DNA from: Ramazzottius varieornatus
Taxonomy: Eukaryota; Animalia; Tardigrada
NCBI GenBank assembly: GCA_001949185.1
Contig: BDGG01000016.1
Span: forward strand, 434,001 to 498,000
Length of the DNA: 64,000 nt
Direction: 5' to 3'
The notes under the pieces: model-generated
The model's database searches: none
The model's input: the letters and a program-made list of their open reading frames with translations, nothing else
What the model was told of the DNA's origin: nothing
Translations under genes and position numbers: made by a program
Shown: positions 36,834 to 47,000 of the stretch, piece after piece
Numbering within the stretch: the stretch's first letter is position 1
Layout: every line of letters starts with the position of its first letter

Positions 36834-37263
36834 CCTCTCTGGAAAGCATTCGAACAAGGTAAATGCTCTTTGCAGAGCAAGGTAGAGAATGGAAATCAGA
36901 AATGAAAACTTGATCGTATTTTCCGCTTTCCGGAGGCGGAAGTTGTCAGCGTTGGACTTAGTACACAGGTTAAGCTGCCAGCTCCGGTTGCGACTCCGGC
37001 TGCTGTTAAGGCTTAGCTCCGCCCCTTTTGTGACGTTTAACCGGAATTGCCTTCCGGAACCACGGTTATTTTCGAGGAATACGCGTAGTGGAAATACGGT
37101 TAATTTAGCATGGTGCAGCAACATGGCCGTCTGATTAATCAAACGCGCGGCCCTTCAAATTTAAATTTTATTTCCAGCCATTTTCTCTATTACTTAGCTT
37201 CTCCTTGAATTACTGCTCGCTTTTTCAAGATTCTTGTTTAAATGGTGGCCTGATAGGTCAAGG

Positions 37264-38194
37264 ATGGACGAGAATGGATTATGTGGGAGTGTGGCGTCTC
37301 CTGGATCATCAGTAAGCGGGGGAAAAGAAGTGGAGGCAAAGGCTACTCGATTCCACTGGGACGAAGAGAGTCAAGTTCGTCTCTTGAAACAATACAGAAC
37401 GACCATGGAGATATTCGAAGGAACTGAAACGGGAATGTATAATGAGATCTTCAAGTCCCTGCTGTCTGCCGGAATGAAGCTTAAGAATGCGCGTGCTGTT
37501 CAAGAGAAGACCAAAGCAATTGTTAGTGAATTTGTTAGTGAAGCGTCTAACCGTATGGAAGAATGGAAGTCTGGTGATCCTGGTTCCTTTACCGAGAAAG
37601 AGAGGTTACTTGTCGACATTATCGAATACATAAACGATCACGGAGTCAAGCGCTACTGTAAGCTGTCCAAGAAAAAGAGCTTGGAAGAAGAGAAGCAAGC
37701 CCGGAAAGACCAGAAGTTCAAAGACGCAGCAACTTTCAGCAAACGGAAGCGTCGAAGTGCGCAGGACTATGAACTGACGCCTGATCCATTGGATCGTAAG
37801 TAGTGTTCTTTTCGAGATCAAGGTGTACGCTTTCTCTTGAGAATTTGAAATCGTTTTCCCTAGTATCCTAACCATCATACTTTGTTTTGCAGTAGACAGA
37901 GACAACGACGCTCTCAATACGCCAAAACGAGAGCGAACAAGCTACAATCATATGTCGAAATCGTTCCTGGAAAGTTCTACGGAGGTGAAAAATAAAGAGC
38001 TGCAGATCAAAGAGGAACTCCTGGCAGTCGAACGTACCCGCGAAGCAAGACTGTCTGAAGAGAGCAAGATGAAGTATGAATTGGAAAAGAAACGGATTGA
38101 AGCTGACCAGATAAAGATGGTGAACGACCGGAAACGAGAGGAGCTTTTCGCTAACGTCATGCTAGAAGCTCTCCGAACTTTGAAGAAAGATTGA
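37264..38194 (+). CDS. Harbinger accessory Myb/SANT-like protein with coiled coil
   Basis: Exons 37264-37795 and 37893-38194 in frame; RFHWDEESQVRLLKQY, EWKSGDPGSFTEKERLLVDI, coiled-coil C-terminus. Confidence 0.75.
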
Positions 38195-38293
38195 TATACT
38201 GTTTTAAATGTTAAAAAAACGTTTCCAGAATTAATTTTGTTACATTTACTTTGAAATGAAGTATCGCAAAGTAGTCAAAAACCGTTATTGAAT

Positions 38294-39382
38294 TCAATCC
38301 AGTCTGTTTTTCAAGTACTGCTCTAAAGACGGAGGAGCTATCCCAAAAAAATCAGAAACTTTACCACCATGACCAAGACGAACTCTACAATTAGTTAGCA
38401 GCGTACCAACTGTGTACAGAGAGCCTACGGGCTGCAGAAGAACCTTCATGTTTTTCTCAAAATCTAGAAATGCAAATTGCTGAACCACTTCGCCGAAACC
38501 CCATTCCACGGCAATGCGGACGCCCGCCATAGCTACGTTGAAGTCTTTCTGCTCATCTGACAGAGCAAGCGCTCCATTGCGGAATGGACCTTCGAGGTAT
38601 TCGGAAATAGGGTATGCAGGATCCCCATAGATACGATAGATCGTCCCGATTTCGTTCATTTTCGTCGTCAAAAGCTTTATCAAGCCGCTTTCAGCCAGCA
38701 TACCAGAATCATGACGTCGTCCAGGCCAAGGTCCATCGAGGTTCACTACCAGACCGTTAGCTGCCATCACTGACTGAAACTTAAGGCCATGCAGTCGATA
38801 ATGGCCACTGTAGATGGTTCTTTGATCCTCCTTCGGACGACAGCATGGACGAAACGTCCCGTCTATGAAGCACCATATATCGCGAAGTGGTGCGCCTTTC
38901 CGCCTGACTGCTCTGCAAAACAAAGCGATATCTTTTGCTGTAAGCCAACACAAATCTAGAGACATAAGTAGATGTCCAAAGGTAGCATCCACGTGTCCAA
39001 CAATCCAACTGAACGCCATCGATAATTCGGGCTTGCTCCGACAGTAAATCAGGCTCAGAGTCGTGTATCGACTTGGATAGCTTAGTCGGCCCGAAAGAAT
39101 GCACAAGATTTCCGTCCCGTCGAAACCTGATCTGTTTTCCAGAATGACAGACTCAGGGATGTCGAGGGCTTCCCGTAAGCGAGGAATATTTTCTCGCGTG
39201 AAGCGGAACCAGTCCCAAATATCTGAGTCTGAAATCACATCCAAGTCGAAAGGAATCTTCAACGGTCTTTCCACCTTTGGCAGTGACAACATAAGGACAG
39301 TCTCCTCATAAGACAACAGACCCGACATCAGTAACAAGCAAGACGTTTTCTTATCCATTCCGTATGGAGTAAGCTCAGACAA
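38294..39382 (-). CDS. Harbinger DDE transposase (HARBI1/DDE_Tnp_4-like)
   Basis: Uninterrupted 362-codon ORF with FRFTRE, RLSYPSR, FIDGT, YSGH..HGLKFQ, GRRHDS, YGDPAY, RIAVEWGFG, LQPVG and PPSLEQYL; first in-frame ATG at 39358. Confidence 0.92.
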   Translation of the reverse strand: MSELTPYGMDKKTSCLLLMSGLLSYEETVLMLSLPKVERPLKIPFDLDVISDSDIWDWFRFTRENIPRLREALDIPESVILENRSGFDGTEILCILSGRLSYPSRYTTLSLIYCRSKPELSMAFSWIVGHVDATFGHLLMSLDLCWLTAKDIALFCRAVRRKGAPLRDIWCFIDGTFRPCCRPKEDQRTIYSGHYRLHGLKFQSVMAANGLVVNLDGPWPGRRHDSGMLAESGLIKLLTTKMNEIGTIYRIYGDPAYPISEYLEGPFRNGALALSDEQKDFNVAMAGVRIAVEWGFGEVVQQFAFLDFEKNMKVLLQPVGSLYTVGTLLTNCRVRLGHGGKVSDFFGIAPPSLEQYLKNRLD

Positions 39383-39570
39383 AATCTACAGAAACATATT
39401 TCTTCCAGCAAGAAACGAAAGAAATTCGCGCAATTTGAACCGTAGCGGAAAGTTTGAGTGTGCAACAGCTTAACCCGCAAGAAAAAGTTCGCTTACGACT
39501 CCGACTCCCGCTGTATTAGCAGTCGGAATGTGAACCGGAGTGGTGCAGCTTAAACTGTGTATTATCACAA

Positions 39571-40335
39571 TCAGACCGCTGTAGCGGGCTGCTGGCTGTA
39601 GAGATGATTATGTAAAATACTGCACGAACCTTTGAGTACCGATATCACAACACGATTCATCAGATCTTTGGCCAGAGAAAAACGACTACAAAAATCTACA
39701 AAAAATCTGGAGATAGTTCTTTGAGCTCTCACGTAGAGGCCGATCACTTCCACTTCGTACTCCTCCATCCGGTACTTTCCTTTCAGATCTCGAACACAAG
39801 GCTCGTAGATCCTTTTCTTTTCATTGTCGACTTCTGTGGCTTGTTGCTCTCCGCCCTCGTACCGTACTGTCAGATCCACGATCCAGGCTTGGCTCTTCCC
39901 TCGGTCGATGATGATGATGTCGACGCGTCGCGAACTGCCGTTCTCTGCGATACAGGGCACTTCCACTTCCAAGCCATCTTTTCCGCGCAACACTTCCGCG
40001 ATCATTGGCCGTATCTTGTTGTGTCTGGCATTCCGCAGCAAGTTACCTTTGTGGCAAGACCCAAGGACGTGGGACAGGGCTTCACGCTCAGCTTCACAGC
40101 CAGGGGCTCTGCATGCTGGACCGTCCTTGCTTCTACCGTGGAGGCTTCTCACTGGGGCTCCATTCACCGTCATCTTCAGGCAGGAGATCCATTCGGCGTT
40201 AGTGAGCCCACACCGATTGTAGACCCACTTGCTTGACTGCGTGTGGACTCTGTACTGGTGAACGCCTGCTGCGCTACTGTTGTACGTACGCGATTGGACC
40301 ACATATAAACTATAGCACATACGCCACGTGACCAT
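39571..40335 (-). mobile_element. 5'-truncated non-LTR retrotransposon fragment (RLE type: CCHC knuckle plus restriction-like endonuclease)
   Basis: CRAPGCEAEREALSHVLGSC, RHN, RRVDIIIID, EKKRIYEP; no reverse transcriptase upstream. Confidence 0.85.
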
Positions 40336-40395
40336 CGCCAGCGACTGCTAGCAGCCAACCTGATACACTCGCGGTCGGCTAACACTGGTTTCTTT

Positions 40396-40484
40396 CCCAG
40401 CGGTCGACCCATCAAAACCAATGGTCAATCGAGCAGCACCAACGGTCAGCCACCAGTGGTCAGTCTAACAAGACCAACGGTCAA
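40396..40484. repeat. Degenerate tandem repeat of ACCA(A/G)(T/C)GGTCA, mostly 21-nt period
   Basis: Units at 40396, 40417, 40438, 40452 and 40473. Confidence 0.6.
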
Positions 40485-41204
40485 CTTTTGGCAGTCAGTC
40501 TAGTGACAGTAGCAAGACCTCTGGGTGGCGGGTCTACGTATACCCCGTTGCTCGTGCAGTGCCTTCAAGTCGGGACTGGCAGAGAGTGTGTCGACTGCGT
40601 CCAATTCCGGGTTGCTGTGCCATGTTAGAATTTCTCACAAGGATATTTAATGAGAAGTTTAGTGGGGAACGAACTCATGTCGAGAGAATATCTTCAAACC
40701 GTTGAGCAGACTATTGAGGAGGGTCCTCGCGTTGGTTTGCGTTGTCTGTTGCTGGAAGGAAAGGCTTATGCGGAAAGGCAGTACGACGAAGTGATGTTGA
40801 GTGTACGATGTAAAAAGTTTGGTGAGAGTCAATGAGACGGTGTTGGCTTGGTAAAGGTGGAGAAGTATTCAGTGGTAGATGGGAGAAAGCGAAGAAGAGA
40901 AGGTCGGTCGTGTCGGTCGTGTCGGTCGCTCTGGTGGAAATTGTTCTGAGGAAGTTGACTGTACGCTCGGTCGACTTTAGACTGGATTGCTCAGTATGGT
41001 ATTGACGACTTGGCTGGGAAGAAAGCCTGATAAGAGTTCAAAGTCTGAAAAGAAGAAGATAATGATTAAAGTGCGCCACCATCAGTGAGCCAGACTTGTG
41101 ACTGAGCTTCGCAAGAGAGTGAATGGAATGTGCTCGTAAGGATGAAGCCACGGCGACGCAGCTTTCAATTTACTCATTTTCGTTTGTCCATGCCATGGAC
41201 GACG

Positions 41205-41261
41205 GCAGCAGCGATTCGGGAATAAACGCGCTGACGGCGTTTATTCCCGAATCGCTGCTGC
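41205..41261. repeat. Perfect 25-bp stem hairpin with 7-nt loop
   Basis: GCAGCAGCGATTCGGGAATAAACGC-gctgacg-GCGTTTATTCCCGAATCGCTGCTGC. Confidence 0.85.
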
Positions 41262-42136
41262 TGATATCACACTTTCGATGTACCTGTGAGAAGTATCCTG
41301 TTGTTCGGACAGGAATTACGACCATCAAAAATTCGTGCGATTCGCTGAATTCGCTCCGCAAAACTCGCATAACTAGAAAGAAATGACTTGCCTGATTGAG
41401 TCCAGAAATCGAAAAAGAGTCTTGATGTGCACGAGGGGGCGAACCCCGTGTCCATGGCCACTGACGTACCGTTATTTGTCATTGATTCGTTAGTTGATTG
41501 TTACGATATGGCGTTGCCACTGATCTTGCTGGCGGGACCGCTGGTAGAAGTATGTGAGACACGAAGCCCGGAAGAAACCAAAATGTACAGAAACGAAACA
41601 GCAGGTCGGCAAACTGGGCAGGTACCCAATTTGCCGATCAATCAAAAATCGAGCTGTGGTTGATTGGAACTGACATCTTTTGTCATGACATGTCATGTCA
41701 TATCATACAGTATGACTGGCCACGCCTGTTGTGGCATGACATGACAAGCAACATGACATAACACGCGACATGATCAAATACACGGGGAAATCAGAGAAAA
41801 TCCGAAAAAATCGGGAGAAGGTTTACATGAACTTCCGATTCTTCCCGTACTCCCTCGCAACCTGCCAGTCCCATTGAATTCGATAAAACTGCCGCGCCGT
41901 CGAGGTCAAGTGCTACTATCAACAGGGTTATCAATTCCGTATAAATCAATACGCTGACATCTTCAGATGATTAGCACAGAATTGATTGATCACATGCGTA
42001 ATCACGACATCAGAAACTTGGAAAAATTCGTCAAAAAAATAGAACAAGCAGGGAAGATCGGGATATCATCCTGACTAAAGCATAAAAGGATCGTGCCGTC
42101 TGGAGCTCGAGCTTCCTCTGATGAGTTTGCGATTCG

Positions 42137-42412
42137 GGCTGCGTTTCGTAAGTCAACCCTAGTTGATAACCCGACACGTGAATGATGACGTCACGGTTAA
42201 GAACGAACATCAGGAAGATGTTTGAACAAGACGAGCTTGGACAATCAAATTGCACTGTGGGTTGTGCGTGCTTGATTCAATCTAGTTAACCGTTAACCAG
42301 CCTTTTTATGCTAGTTAACCGTTAACCCAGGTTCCACCCCGTTCGTAACGTCTTCAGTCACGTGTGAAAAAGCTGGCAGTCAACTAGGGTTTTTGACTTA
42401 CGAAACGCAGCC
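42137..42412. mobile_element. MITE-like element with ~65-bp imperfect TIRs just upstream of mRpL34
   Basis: GGCTGCGTTTCGTAAGTCAACCCTAGTTGA...CACGTGAATGATGACGTCACG versus CGTAACGTCTTCAGTCACGTG...TCAACTAGGG..TTGACTTACGAAACGCAGCC; internal direct repeat CTAGTTAACCGTTAACC x2. Confidence 0.7.
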
Positions 42413-42547
42413 ACAGAGTTCCCTTGGGTATCAGTTCTTGAGTTGCTGTCTTCTCCGAGTCGTCAAGTCCAAGCTGTTTTCACTTCTGACGACGACAGTC
42501 TGTTGTTGGAGTCTAAGTTATCATCGGCGAGGGCAGCGGAGGGAACG

Positions 42548-43055
42548 ATGTTGCGAACGTTTGCCAGTGGTATCATCGCGAGGGCTGGGTTGATCTCGAG
42601 TAGCTTACTGCTGGAAGCTCCAGTACGTCGGATATGCCTCGCACCCCGGAGCCTTATACCCTCTTTGCCCCAATGCTCGACGGTGTCGGGTAGTATATTA
42701 TCCCGATGCAAAAACCAGAGGTAAGAAGAGATGGGCGACAAGAGCGCGAAGAGGAGAATTGGCTCATTAAGACCCTCTTTGCAGGTTGAATTTCGGGCAC
42801 GATAGACGGACATTCTACGGCATCCCTGCCGCAGTCAATCCAGCACCTGCGTCTGCTCTCCTTCAGCCTTCCTCGCGAGTCGAAGTTCCCATGCGGATGA
42901 AGTCGAAGAAAGGCAGGATTTACATACCCGCACTGCGGCCGGATCCATTGAAACAACTGCGTTATGGTGGTTACTCCGCTCGGATGTCTACGTCAGCTGG
43001 ACGGGCAATCCTCCAAAGACGTATCCTCGCAGGACGGAAGTACCTTCATCATTAG
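42548..43055 (+). CDS. MRPL34: Mitochondrial ribosomal protein L34 (bL34m)
   Basis: Exons 42548-42720 and 42785-43055; Arg/Ser-rich presequence; GYSARMSTSAGRAILQRRILAGRKYLHH. Confidence 0.85.
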
Positions 43056-43159
43056 CTTCTCCACTTTCCACTACGCTGCTAGAATATTTGCTCTGAGTTT
43101 GAAGTACAGTATGTGTTCAGCTTGCGCGTGAAGATTTATCTAGTGAACGAGCTGTCAAA

Positions 43160-43558
43160 TAGAGCCCTACAGCAGTGGCTGAAACCAGTGCTGCTTCTGC
43201 ATTGCATCCGGTTTCCAGAAACTGCAACTGCACTGCATCTGCAATTTTCTGCTGTTTTCCAAATTGCAACTGTACTGTACTGGATTTAAAAATCCAGAGT
43301 TTCTGCCTGCCAACGGAAATACATGTCGAACACATCGAAAACGTCGTTGTTTTACGGAGATTTAACCGAAAAAACGTTGAAATCCGGCCAGAAAATGCAG
43401 AAAATGCTAATTTTACTACTGTTTTGGGACAACAAAAGTATACTGCGACGAACGGTGCTCGTTTTTTGAGAACTGCAACTGCACTGCAACTGCATTTTCT
43501 CACCATTTCGGCGACTGCAACTGCACTGTATTGCAGTAAAATGCAGTGCAGGGCTCTA
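43160..43558. mobile_element. Non-autonomous hAT element (399 bp)
   Basis: TIR TAGAGCCCT(A/G)CA; exact 8-bp TSD CTGTCAAA at 43152-43159 and 43559-43566; internal ACTGCAACTGCACTG repeats. Confidence 0.9.
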
Positions 43559-43603
43559 CTGTCAAACCCAGATATGCCAAGTTTGCGCCAACCTGCATAT
43601 CTG

Positions 43604-43809
43604 CTGTATTCCCTCGAAAGTTCTGCGAATCACGTGACTGTCGTGGTAAATATCATCCGGCGGGGAACACAATGTATCTATACCTTCAATCAACGACTGC
43701 TCCTCAGTCAAGTGTAATGATGGGCGACAATCAAACAATCAGGGATACCAGTGCGGGTGTAATTTACTGGCATGATGACGTGATTCGCAGAACTATCGAG
43801 GGAATACAG
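43604..43809. mobile_element. Tc1/mariner-pogo-type MITE, second copy of the 33509-33710 family
   Basis: 32-bp TIR CTGTATTCCCTCGAAAGTTCTGCGAATCACGT; right flank TA. Confidence 0.85.
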
Positions 43810-44091
43810 TACGGTATTTGTTTCTGTGAAAGTACGAGTGGATGCATGCACGTGTATGATGTTTATCTACTACAGACATTCACCATTGGAGTGTACGACG
43901 TAATCAAAAACTAAATCAAGAGGAAAACCAACGCCGCTAAAACATGATCGAGACAAACAATGTGGGAAGAAATCAACATCGGCCCGAATTTCAGACAAGA
44001 AAACTCGTACGACTTAATAAGATGAAAAAACTTCACTAAAAAGCAATATTGGAAAAACCAGTATACTCTGATTAAGTTCCAAAAATCAAAT

Positions 44092-47000
44092 CTACAGTTC
44101 GTCCATAGGTTCATCCTCTTCAACACCGTTGTTCTTCTCGCTTTCGGCTTTCTCTACATCTGTAACAGACAAAGTAAGGTTTTACACAAACGATCTTGCT
44201 TGTCGGTAGAGAAATAGAAAAGACTGAAGCCTACTTCCGGTGGTTCTTCGAGTTGTGCTCTTGTTTGATTTCTTCGCGCTCTTCGCGCTGGCAGAATCTC
44301 GCTTCTTGGTGCTCTTCCCGCTTTCAGACTCGCGAGCCTTCTTCGCACTTCGAACACTGTCGGAGTCACGAGACAAACTTCGATCGTGAGAGCCCGAACC
44401 AATGTGCAATGAAACTGTTCCGTCCCCCTATGGACGAAAGCCACAAGCTCTAGCATGGACCACATGATTCTAACATACGGCATCGTAAGTATTCGACAAC
44501 AAGCCAAACATTGACCCTACCTTCCGAATGACAGTCAATGAAGGCGTAAAATAATTTACATTCTCTTTATTGTCCGTGGCGACATCTCCCTGCAAAAACA
44601 ATCAGTCATCAATCCCACTATGCTTCAGTCAGCTTTTCCAACTTGTTCTTTCTTCTATCTTCTTCTTACTTCAGCTTTTCCAGTTCAATGTTTTTCATAT
44701 CGCCTTTTGTGCGTCTTTTAACAGTGCTTACCTCGTCCTGTATCAAAATATCTGAAGGCAGAACAGCGGGTATGGGACTTTCCTGCTTTGCGGAACCCGG
44801 AAAGCGCTTTTCCAGTAACGCGGATGTAAAATCACACAGGACGTAGAGTTTCTGTAAAAATTACAGCTGACAACTTGACATGCCAATCAGATAGATTTCA
44901 GCAGAACGAAGCTTCTCCTGGTACTTACTCTATCGATCTTTTTGTTCTTCGCATGACCGGCAACATGAGAGCTCTTGGCGGCTTTGAGAAGAACGTTGAT
45001 GATACCCGGACTGAACTGAGCATTCTCAGTGACGTACGCATCGAGCAGACAGTAGATCGTGCTAAGAAAAAGATTATTCTAGATCAGTCAGACAGTTACA
45101 CGATCGCAATGCCGATCAGGATATCGAAAACTAACAGCTGGAGCCCAGCAAACCCCTATTGCTGAAAACGTATGCCACTTGGGAAAACGCTCTGGTCGAG
45201 TTTGTTTCCCCCAGTAGCGCACGTTTACAGTGCTACTGGCTGGAATTTAGTTTGCCGAACTCCCAGTTTGTTCTTGTTACTAATCCTCATGACTTACGTC
45301 CCGACTTTCTCCAGCCACGCTCCCGCTTCCACCAAGTTCTCAGCATCTTTAAAATCCTTACTCATGGCTAGCCAATGTACGAGGTAGAGAAGACCTCGCT
45401 CTGGCAATTTTGCTCTATAGCCTGAAAAACGACAAATCACGATAAACTCTCGATTACTACGGAAGTCTTATAAGTTATAGAGCAGCAACTCACGTTCGGC
45501 GTGGCCGATAACGAAACGTCTTAGACGCTTCATGACATCTACTAAAGGGCTGGTGACTAGATCGCGGTAAGATTCAAGATCGCTGACGAGAGCGGCTGAA
45601 CTGACAGCAGCTATCAGTCTTCCGGGATCGTTTTCCTCGGTGATGGCGCTGTACAGGCAACGCAGGTACTTCTTCATCGCCTCTTGGTGCGAGAACTACA
45701 AAAAAAAAAGCTAGTGAAGTGATAACCAACAACGCTCTCAGTTCGTTAGTTTTTTGTGGCTGGCAACGCTTTTCTTTCCACTCTGCTGAACATTTTGAAA
45801 ACATTCAGGTACATTAAACCAATTATTCAATTGGGAAATTGTAAATCAGATCTCTTGAACATTACCTTTGGCATGACTGCGAGTAATATGGAGAGATCAT
45901 TGGGTGCTTCATAGGTGGAAAACTTTGGCAGGGTCTTGATCATTTCCTTGGCGGCATATAGCGACAGATATTCCTGTGACACTTCACTACAACATAAAAA
46001 GGCAGAGAAAACCTTTGGTCCATTTTTTCAATCGCTTCCATATGGTACGTCGGTAAATGATTTCACCCAGGTCGTTATTTCAAGTGGCGGAAATTTTCAT
46101 TGCCAGGGTGCCGACGTGCCGTATTTCAAAATAGTGCATTCAAACTTCTCTGGGTCTTATGAGTACTACGTGAGAAGCTACGTACTCCAGTTGGTCGGCC
46201 ACTTTGTTCAGTTCTTGCAGTACTTCCTTGATCTTGTTGACGAACTTCCGGAGGACTGGGAGGAATGCAGCTGCTTCCTTAGCCACAATGTTATGGTATG
46301 AACGGATACAGCGACCTGTGGCACGCAAGGCCTGGATGAAGTACAAAACGCTGAACGGCAGTTCCGTTTTTTCTACCCACTCTTCACCGTCTGCCTCGGA
46401 ATTTCTGTCGCGATCGAGCTGCAAAGAACAACCAAACTACCTTACCTTCTCAAACATTTCGACAGAAAACGATACGAGTCGTGTTATTCAGATCAAGCAT
46501 GCTCTCTGTACAGCACTGTGCTTACGTTCTGCAAGCGAAGTGAAGGAAGGACGGTGTTCTCCACCGTCAACATTAGGTCCTTAGCGAAGCTCTGCATGGC
46601 TTCCGGTGGGTCCTTGGGCCGTTGGGAGAGTGACTGACTGCTACCTCCTTCTTCCGATGTGGTTTCCTTGTCCGCGGTTTCCGCCAGAGCCTGGCTAGCA
46701 CACACGGCCAGTTCTCCGATCACCGTCACTGCAGAAATGCGCCGGACGTCATCGGCATCGCCTTTTGTCAAGATCATTTTAGCCCACTACAATATGAATG
46801 CATCGTAATTCAGTTTGAACATGGAAATATTTTAGGTTAAAGGGCACTGGGATCGCTCTTACCGTAAGGAGGTGTCGGAATGTGGTCAAGCGGTCCGAAG
46901 AGCCTCGGCTGATGATCCGCACAGCATACTTTGCCTCAGAGTAGGTCGTAGTGGTTCGACTGTCGGCACTAGCGAACTCTTGCGCCTTGTCCAGTAACGA

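Larger units (their letters stand above)
36962..39561. mobile_element. PIF/Harbinger-type DNA transposon, apparently intact
   Basis: ~44-bp imperfect TIRs TACACAGGTTAAGCTGCCAGCTCCGGTT... versus TACACAGTTTAAGCTGCACCACTCCGGTT... (reverse complement of right end); two convergent open genes. Confidence 0.88.

Noticed and set aside
43117-43914. ORFs of 122-180 aa (NCNCTA repeats)
   Set aside because: Translations of the non-coding hAT and pogo-like MITEs.
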